Below are positions 55,701 to 64,000 of a stretch of DNA of 64,000 bases, piece after piece. The position numbers and the translations under genes were made by a program. The notes beneath the pieces were generated by a model that saw only the letters and a list, made by a program, of their open reading frames with translations, was not told where the DNA came from and searched no databases. The first letter of the stretch is position 1. Each line of letters starts with the position of its first letter. This DNA comes from Takakia lepidozioides (lineage: Eukaryota > Plantae > Bryophyta), in NCBI GenBank assembly GCA_030704615.1, contig CM060731.1, forward strand, positions 23,994,001 to 24,058,000, given 5' to 3'.

Positions 55701-57618
55701 ACCAAGTCATGACATTGAGCCAGTCGTTCATTTTGTCGTCTGTTGGCTCGATGGGAAAGTGGTACAGCAGCTTCGTGTTTGTATGGCCGTTCCAGATTCG
55801 CAGCCACCTCGTCTGCAGCCACCTCACATCGGTCAGACAAGAGCTCCAACATAAGAATCGCGAGAAGTCACAAAACAAGAATAAACACATGCTTACCTTC
55901 TCCGCCGGCTCAACACAGGACACTGCGATGTGATGAAGTTTCTCCATGGACATTTCCGGTTTCATGGGTCTGGAGTAATGCAGTCCTATCTCCGCCAGGA
56001 ACTCGGCACCAAGACCAGGGTCAGCGATTGCAACTTGCTTAACAAGTTTGGACCTGTACTTGGTCCGGGATTGCTTCCCTGCCTGCACAATATGACTCTC
56101 TATCGACGCGTCCGCCTTGTTGGGGGCATCATTCTCAAAGAACTGCCTTTTGGCATAGGCCAAGTCATCCCTGATGTTCGTCTGCATTCCCATACCCAGC
56201 AGATATAGTCAGGCCACGGATCCTTGCAACAAATAACATTAAATTGATACTGAAATTTGAGATGAACCTCACCGAATAGAGGATCTCCACCATGGCGTCC
56301 AGTGTTGGTCGGTACCAGGTGCGATCTGCTTTCGCTAGGGACTTCCTGTACAGCTCGGGATCGAGGGACTTTTGGAAGTCCGTCAGCGGAGCTGTCCCCA
56401 CTTCTTGCACTCTGTAGAGCGTATGTGCCAGATGAGTTTCCACGAAGGCCCTCTCTGTTACCCTGCCATGGAGAAAAAAACAACATGAAAATATGATTTC
56501 GGCACAACAATCCAATTTCCAATTCATAGAGTGCATGACAGTGGTGAACATTGCCTATTTCGGCGCCGCAATAGGCAGTACACAAGGATGTAATTGTATA
56601 CTTACAGATTTATATCCGCCATGGCACCCTTCAACAGTCCTCTGTCCCTGACGTCCACCTTCACGACAATGCAGTCCACCATGTAATGCCAACTGATATC
56701 TTGCGGATGCATTTCAGCAATGTACTCTGTCCAGGCAAGCATCCTGTGGTTCCCGTCCCAAACGAAGAACATCTTCCCTTCCATGTGTGCGAATGTGGGA
56801 TTAGTCTTCAAATAGGCTTCAAACTCGGCATTAACAGTGTGCCAGTGGGGGCCCCAATTCTGAAGCTCCTCTGCAGTGGGGCCCCTTGTGACACCCTGGT
56901 CATTCTCAATGGAAACGTAGAATGCTGCCGACCCCCGTCTGTACCCTTCTCTGAAGTTGTGCTTCAGTCGATCGATATCCCCTGGCAGTGCTTGCCTTAC
57001 AACTGGAAGGCTTACCATGCGACACAAAGGAACTTTAAGGTTCTCGGGATACACCATGGAGCCCAAAACGCGGCCTATGTTGCTATGAGTCTCTGCCAGC
57101 AACCTGTTTGCTGCTATGTTCATGTCTCGTGCGCTCATGAGCATACCCGCCACCAGTTTCTTACTTGTATCACCTCTGTCACTTCCCTCACCCCTCTCAC
57201 CAGCCTGTGTACTATCCTGGAGGTTTTGCTCCTCCGCAAGATCCAGCAGGTTCTGATCGTCGCCAAGTCGTACCACGTTATCGTCCTCTCCTTCTGTCAG
57301 TTGAATGGGCCGCCCTTCTGCAGATCCGACTCCCACATCTCCAGCGGCCTCCACCGCATCTGTGTTTTCTGAAATTGACTGCAAACCCAATACCTCCGCT
57401 TCCAGTCTCCCTAGGGGTTTTACTGGCGAAGCCATGGGCTCCTTCTGCTTTCTCGGCTTCCGAACTCTAGGTGGGCTTTTCGGAGGCGATATCTGAGGTG
57501 TTGAATGAGGACTCGTCTGCCTCGATGCACTTCCACCTTGTGAGCGCAGCACCCGGGCAGGAGTATCCAAAGTTGACTGTGTTGCCTCGCCCCCCTGCGA
57601 TCCCTCCCCAGCTCCCAT
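52710..57618 (-). CDS. Transposon-borne ParB/Sulfiredoxin-like domain plus beta-class N6-adenine/N4-cytosine DNA methyltransferase-like protein (~1329 aa)
   Basis: Nine GT-AG exons (57618-56606, 56462-56273, 56181-55897, 55812-55693, 55612-55398, 55207-54037, 53940-53679, 53559-53328, 53211-52710) total 3990 nt, with consistent phases and no stops. ParB-like: VRQ...DIDRL...GY...FYV...FVWDGNHRMLAW. MTase motif IV-like: IDMILVDIPDG. Motifs X/I-like: RSPAFIQTLMETCTDVEGRVLDVTANTG|ACMWAGRMSNRFVFSFEGD. An extra upstream exon may exist at 57877-57722. Confidence 0.78.
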
Positions 57619-58127
57619 GTCAAACAAACAGGAAAACATGAGACACTGCACGCCAAAACAAAGGTGTCAAAGGAATATTGCGTATGGAGTGCTTCACATC
57701 CGCGAAGCACGAATCTCTCACTGGTGGGCGATCCGAGTCTCCGGATAACGACGTCTGCATTTCATGCATGAGACGGAGCTTAAGTCGTGTCGTCGGCGGC
57801 TTCCCAAAATCCCGCGTCCTCCTCTTTGCCGGAGTTGCCTGACCTTCCACAAACTCTATGCTACCACTATGCCGCATAAGGAGAGGAAACGCAGGAGAAC
57901 GTCACTGCAGAAGGGCAAGGAGCGAGAGAGCGAAGCGGTGGAACATGCAACCACTATGCACGAGCAGATGCGTAAGCAGCCACGTCTCCCGAAGCGTTGC
58001 CACCGTCCACCACTTTCTGCCGTATGGGTGATGAAGAGATTGTGACCCCTGACACGTTCGCACGGATGAAGTCGACTGGAACACGACGCGTGCCAGTTCC
58101 AGCCACCAGTGTATGACGGTTTATCCG

Positions 58128-60068
58128 AATTGCGGCACCGAAATACGTTCCGTTCACCGGATGCGGTTCCCGGAGCAGCCGGCATTGAATGAAATATCCG
58201 CACATCATGAAACCCAACCGCCATGAAAATCGCCTGCATATGACATTCAACAGTCAGGTCGGTACGTTTCATCAGCGGACGGATGAATTTCGGCGCCGAA
58301 ATTCATCCTATTCAAGTGCTTTCATACACAAACTTACAAATTTGGCGCCGCAATTCATCGCTTTCCAAGTCCTCATTCGTCATGAGCAAACCTGTCGGTG
58401 GGATATCGGAGCCGGAATTAATTCCGGGACAACGGAAACGGCTGCACTTCGGCACATTTCATCCATATTTCGGCGCCGAAATTCATTACGAATATGTCCG
58501 TCCACGCGTAGACGAGGTGAAATCATCCATATTTCGGCGCCGAAATTCATCGCTTCGCAAGTCCTCATTCGTCATGAGCAAACCTGTCGGTGGGATATCG
58601 GAGCCGGAATCAATTCCGGGACAACGGAAACGGCTGCACTTCGGCACATTCCATCCATATTTCGGCGCCGCAATTCATTACGAATATGAGCGTCCGCGCG
58701 TAGACGAGGTGAAATCATCCATATTTCGGCGCCGAAATTCATCCAGAGCGAAGATTAAATCTGCACGATGCTATGCTTTGCCGCCATCATTGCCCCTGAC
58801 GGATGCTGTCCATGACTGTTGGACTTGCCATTTCTGGACATTTAACTATAATTTCGGCGCCGAAATTATACTTTATGTGCGGCAACGTCCCGTGCGAAAA
58901 AGACCACTTCATGGATACTGTCGGTTTCAAACGAAAAAAAAAACGGCTAAAATGCAATTAATTTTGACAGAAGTGGTTTAATATGCCGATTTCTCCATTA
59001 AATGCAGAATATTCCTGTTATATTCGTCGGAACGGGGTATTTCCAAAGATTTACGGAAAATTATCATCCAAAACCAAAAAGTAAGTGCCGGGTTTGGACG
59101 AATTTCCGCGCCGAAATTCATCCGTCGCATAGAAAATGTAATATTAGAGTTACTCATTGCGGACAGTAAGGATGAATTTCGGCGCCGAAATTGATCCATT
59201 TCAAAGAAAAATAAATATTGGAGGGAAGGCATTGGATGAATTTCGGCGCCGAAATCCGCCGCTAAAACCCTGAAAAGAATTTGGAGGGATGAAGTCGTCT
59301 GAATTTCGGCGCCGAAATTCATTGCTCGCGAAGGAAAAAAAAATTTCTGGAGGACTTCGTATGAATTTCGACGCCGAAATTCATTGCTCGCGAAGGAAAA
59401 TAAAAAATATCTCCTGGACTTGGAATGAATTTCGGCGCCGAAATTCAATGCTCGCGAAGGAAAAAAAAAAATCGAGAGGATTTTGGTTTGATTTCGGCGC
59501 CGAAATTCATTGCTCTCGAAGAAAAAGGGAAATTAAAAGGGAGTACTTGGATGAGATTCGGCGCCAAAGTTCATCTGTCGCAAAGAAAAATAAAAACAGA
59601 AAGGACTTCCGATGAATTCTGGCACCGAAATCCATACGCAGGGCAGCAGAATTAGGGTCGGAAAAGGAGATGAAGAATGAATTTCGGCGCCGAAATACAT
59701 CCATTCTGCCGAATCAGGATTACTGTCATTCGGAAGTCGGCACCGATATCCGGACACGTGGTCAATCACGACTGTAATCAGGAACACATTTATCCGTATT
59801 TTGGCATCTAAATTCAACCCATATGTGCAGATACAATTTAATGAAGAAGAAGTTCATCCGAATTTCGGCACCGAAATCCATCCGTTGGGTGCTTGGTCAG
59901 TTTTATGAGGTAAACAAATTACGATTTCTGTTGCCAGAATTCATCCCTTGGCTTCCAAAGCTGTTACATGACAGAGATGTTCATCCAGATTTCGGTGCCG
60001 AAATTCATGGGAAGGCCTGATTTATTGTACCCCAAGTGGTTGTACATTACAATTCAGGCACCAAATAT
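58128..60068. repeat. Phased array of ~24 palindromes GAATTTCGGCGCCGAAATTC with ~63-64 bp period and variable spacers
   Basis: Core starts at 58292, 58344, 58408, 58472, 58536, 58600, 58664, 58728, 58856, 59107, 59181, 59245, 59308, 59370, 59434, 59496, 59560, 59621, 59686, 59739, 59803, 59867, ~59930, 59994 and 60057. A perfect 28-bp palindrome lies at 58281-58308. Confidence 0.95.
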
Positions 60069-60214
60069 CCGATGTGAACTTGCTGTTTTCGTCCGTTTTT
60101 TTAACGTACGTTACACACCTTCATCTTTACGTGCACTGATCACCCATCATGTTGGATACGGAATCCTCCAGAAAATCATTTGTGTTATTAGGTAGGACAC
60201 ACTCTTCTCATTGC

Positions 60215-63200
60215 ATGACTTCGCTGCGGAGCATACCGAGAGGTCCCGTCTTCAAAATGGACTCCCGTGTTTGGGTCAACGTGTACTTCCATCCTGATTC
60301 TCTGAAAGCTAAAATACCCTGCGACCAAGGATTTGCGATTGTCACTGAGCAGTACTTGTGTGTGAAGTTCGGGCTCCGCCCTGGAACGGTGTTTTTGGAA
60401 GAGGAGACGAAGGATGCTTATGGAAATTTTCTGGAAAGTGCCGTCATTCTGCATGCAGATTTCGGAAAAGGCAAAGAGTGGCGGCTCCCAGCTTCTGAAT
60501 CCATCCGGTACAGTGCCATTGGTGAAATCGTGCCTAAAGAGTTCCCACGCTGGAACTTGGTTGATCCTCCTTCCACAAGAGGGTCTGGGGTGCAAGATGT
60601 GAAGGATGTGGGCACCTCTTCACAAGCAGAGAAGCCCAAACATGTGAAAAGGGAAATCCAGGAAAACAGGGAAACAGTCGTCCAGGACTTATCCAGTGAC
60701 GATGAAGACTGTATGGTCCTTCCATCGTATGTTTCGAAGTCGTCCGTCACTAGGAGTGTTCAGCATACACCGTCCGACTCAACTTCCGTCCGCTCAGTAA
60801 TCGACATATTGCGGAGGATGAAGACAACGGGTTCCCGCTCCAGTGACCTTCTTAGGCTTGATTACGACAAAACTCCAATCCATTCTGTGGAATTTTTGCC
60901 TGATGTTGTGGATGGGAATGCTATCTACGAGTTCCCTCCAGTGCCGGCAGGCGCAGGCCCAGACGGCATGCTCGCAGGAATGAACAGGAAACATGACGGC
61001 CACCCTTGGTGTGTCACCAAAACTTCATCGTCCAACCTGGGTGATGGAGTTCGAGTGAGATATGTATTGTGTGCTGGGCATCTTAAATGTTTCTCGAGCA
61101 CATGTTACCATTACACTAGCAAAGGCACCAGGAATGAGACTGACTGGATTGGCAATTCGTCGACCCCATTTTGGCCTCAAGGTAGAGTTCCTGCAGGGAC
61201 GTTCAAGTGTGCCCATTGCAACGCAGCCCCTACGTGCATGGCAGTGTGCAACGCCAAGCAGTACTACGTCGGGACCGTCGGCCCAGCGTGCACCAGAGCA
61301 TGCATTCACATCGGAAAGCATGAGCACCCCCTCGCCAGAGGCAATTGCAGAGTCGCTTTTCAACAAGCCCAGGATATTATCAAGGAGGAGGTGAGGTTGA
61401 GGCCGGGTGCAAAACCAAAGCAGATACAGCTCGCATCGGCACATAGGATTGCAATTGGCAGAATAATGTCGGAGGACGGAAGCACAAGAGAGAAGCTGGG
61501 CGAGGGGGACATGAAGGACCTGCTGGAAGCTGTCTCCCATGTGTGCAGCCCCAATGTCAGGAACCACATTGTCAGCTGCAAGAAACGAATCGGAAGAGGA
61601 TCAGACATGCACTCCATCTTGGAAGTGAAACGCACATGCGGCTACGACTTCATCCAAGGCAGCTTCTTTCCTGGTCAAGGCTCGGAGATGGACAGGTGCT
61701 TCATATTTAAGATGTCAACGTGCGGACCGGGGAGCGGCGTCGATTTGGTGAAGCGGATGACCAGTGGAGACCTCTCAAATTGTTGGGTCATGTTTGACCA
61801 CATCCGGCGAATTACCAACCACGATTGGGTGACAATGGGGGCACATGTATACGACCCACATTGCAGAAAGTTGATGACCATTGCTATCTGCGAAATGAAG
61901 GGAGAAGACACAGATTCGGAGTTGCATATGTGGCGCGGCATTAATGAGCAAATGGCGAGAGCCAAGTTGCCCCCTCCCGATTTTAGGGGCTTCATGGCTG
62001 ACAATGCCCAGGCAAACTGGGCTGCAGTTAGGAGGGTATATGGGGACGACCCAAAGACTCCAATGGAAGGAAAGGAGAGATCTTGCGGGTTCCACTTCAT
62101 GCAGAGTTTGACGCAAAACACGAAAAGGTTCGTGGCGTCACGCCACCGGCAGGATCATATCAGTATGTGCCTAGCGTGGAAAAATGCGAATTCCATCGAC
62201 GAGGCGGAGACCGAGTTTGCAACCATACGCGCCTGGTGGGTGTCTTCAGGGGCAGTGGATGTGAAAGATCAGCCAGAACTGCAAACGTGGCTTGCGTGGT
62301 GGCATTATAGATTCCGCCAGTTTGGAGACTACATGAGACAGGTAACACATTTCTGTACTTGACAATTGTTCTGTTTTGTGCTTGGACATTCTCCACAATC
62401 AGTGACATATCTAATTTCCTTCAACAGGACATGAGCTTGGAGGATGACACGGATATGCCGACGACGAACATGGCCGAATCGGTGCACTCTTCCTGGCGTG
62501 CTTCCTCTGCAGCACATCTCGTTGACATGTTGACAGCAACAACAGAAGATATTGTGAGGGCCATCATGCAACAATCTCATTACTACCAGTTTCTGGGAGG
62601 AAAGCAATGGGGTATCGGACCAGACAGGCAGGAGATGCTGATGAGGGCGGCGCATCGTTCGACCGATCCCAAAAAATGGACTGCTGCATTGCGGGAAACT
62701 ATAAGGTCAACGCCGTTACACAGTCGGGGGAACTGCCTGGAGGGCGATGTCCGCAGCCGGCCGGTGAAGAGAAGAATTGAGGACATGCCCGGAGGGGATG
62801 GGGATTCATGGAGATCAGATATGAACATCCGCACTCAACCTCGGGGCGCAACGATGTTGCGTCCCACGCCTCCACGAAGCAGGACTCGTACCCCCTCTCC
62901 TGCAGCATCCATGGAATCGCTGCCAGACTCGGGACAACATGCCGAGGATGGGCATTCTGCTCCTGTTTTCGTTACCCAATACAACATTCCAATCGTGGAG
63001 CGAGATGTGTCGGCCTCGCAGTGGAGAATTGCACGGACCCGTCCGACATTTCGTGGCAAATGTTGTGCTGTTCGTGTCGACACCAACCAGAGATGCAATG
63101 AGATGATTCGGAGGAGCCCGCAGGGCGGTGTGCCTGCCCCTTGCTTCACAGGGAGATTTGTGTGCGCAAAGTTTGTGGAGGCCACACTGAAGGAGTTTTG

Positions 63201-63315
63201 GTTCTGCAGGCACGACATCATGTCGTGTGTGTTCGGCAAGCCCAAGTATGGTGTACAAGGCATGCCTGAACCGGCATGTTTCTGTGCATTTGCAATGCGT
63301 GTGCAAACCTGGTAG
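60215..63315 (+). CDS. Mutator-like (MULE) DDE transposase with a GCM/WRKY-like Zn DNA-binding domain; C-terminus truncated and fused to PPR sequence
   Basis: Exon 1 runs ~60215-62341, intron 62342-62427, exon 2 from 62428. Zn domain: CAGHLKC...C...CAHC...C...IGKHEHP. Catalytic signature: WVMFDH (D at 61796), GFMADNAQA (D at 62000), CGFHF (CxxH), TTNMAES (E at 62476). A Cys-rich C-terminal domain follows. The start codon is uncertain (60215 or 60257). Confidence 0.8.
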
Positions 63316-64000
63316 CTCTGGAAAAGGGCAAAGAGGTCCATGGCGACATGGTCAGAGCTGCAGTTGTACCAAATGTCATTCTGAACAATACCCTCGTGGA
63401 CATATATGAAGGGAGTGTTCAACAGTATGGCTAAACGAGATGTGGTGTCGTGGAGTGTGATGATTGCAGGATATGCACAGCAAGGGTGCGGGATGGAGGC
63501 TTTGGAGACCCATGAGCAAATGATGTGCGGAGGGGGTGAAGCCCAACCACATGACGTTAATTTGCATTTGCAATGCGTGTGCAAGCCTAGCAACCCTAGA
63601 AATGTGCCAAGAGGTCCATGGTGACATTATCAAATTTGGAACTGTACCCGATGTCATTCTGAACACTGCCCTGGTGGACATGTATGTCAAATGTGGGTGC
63701 ATCGAGGATGCAAATGGAGTGTTTGACAGTATGGCTGAACGTAATGTGGTGTTGTCGAGTGTGATGATTGCAAGATATGCACAACAAGGGTGTGGGATAG
63801 AGGCTTTGGAGACCTATGAGCAAATGATGGGCGAAGGGGTGAAAACCAACCACATCACATTTGTTTGTGTTTTGCAATGCGTGTGCAAGCCTGGGAGCTC
63901 TAGAAAAGGGGAAAGAGGTCCATGGTGACATCGTCAAAGCTGGAATGGTACCAGATGTCATCCTGAACACTGCCCTGGTGGACATGTATGCCAAATGTGG
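63275..64000 (+). pseudogene. PLS-type PPR repeats (frameshifted), continuing beyond the window
   Basis: CNACASLATLE.CQEVHGDIIKFGTVPDVILNTALVDMYVKCGCIEDANGVFDSMAERNVV...GVKTNHITFVCV; highly similar to 40570-42380. Confidence 0.88.

Larger units (their letters stand above)
52021..63275. mobile_element. Large Mutator-like DNA transposon with two divergent genes (ParB-MTase-like gene and DDE transposase) and a central palindrome array; right end missing
   Basis: The sequence switches abruptly out of PPR at 52020 and back into PPR at ~63275. It is CpG-rich, has CATGAGC repeats at the left end, and carries the same palindrome throughout. Confidence 0.8.

Noticed and set aside
58189-59817. ORFs with repeated NFGAEI / FRRRNS peptides
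   Set aside because: They are translations of the palindrome in different frames on both strands, with no coding signature.
58128-60068. True CRISPR array
   Set aside because: Eukaryotic, intron-containing context with no cas genes. Several spacers are duplicates or relatives of each other, and the repeat also occurs in introns and at the element end.

Overview
Nuclear DNA of a land plant, probably a non-seed plant, judging from spliceosomal introns, CER3, and abundant PLS-type PPR sequence. The left 39 kb holds four host genes: the 3' end of a peroxisomal 4CL-like acyl-activating enzyme (+), RPS18 (-), CER3/WAX2 (-) and a MINPP1-like histidine acid phosphatase (-). LINE, SINE, MITE and gypsy remnants are interspersed among them. 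The right 25 kb is nested mobile DNA. A CACTA element with TIRs and an ATC target-site duplication carries PPR repeats and sits inside a decayed SWIM/MULE transposase. A PPR pseudogene is split by an ~11.3 kb element (about 52021-63275), which is the highlight of the window. That element encodes a Mutator-like DDE transposase with a GCM-like Zn domain. Divergently, it encodes an apparently intact 9-exon, ~1329-aa protein fusing a ParB/Srx-like domain to a beta-class amino (N6A/N4C) DNA methyltransferase-like domain. Between the two genes lies an array of ~24 copies of the palindrome GAATTTCGGCGCCGAAATTC phased at ~63-64 bp; the same motif recurs at the element end and inside the methyltransferase gene's introns. 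All domain calls come from manual motif recognition, not database searches.
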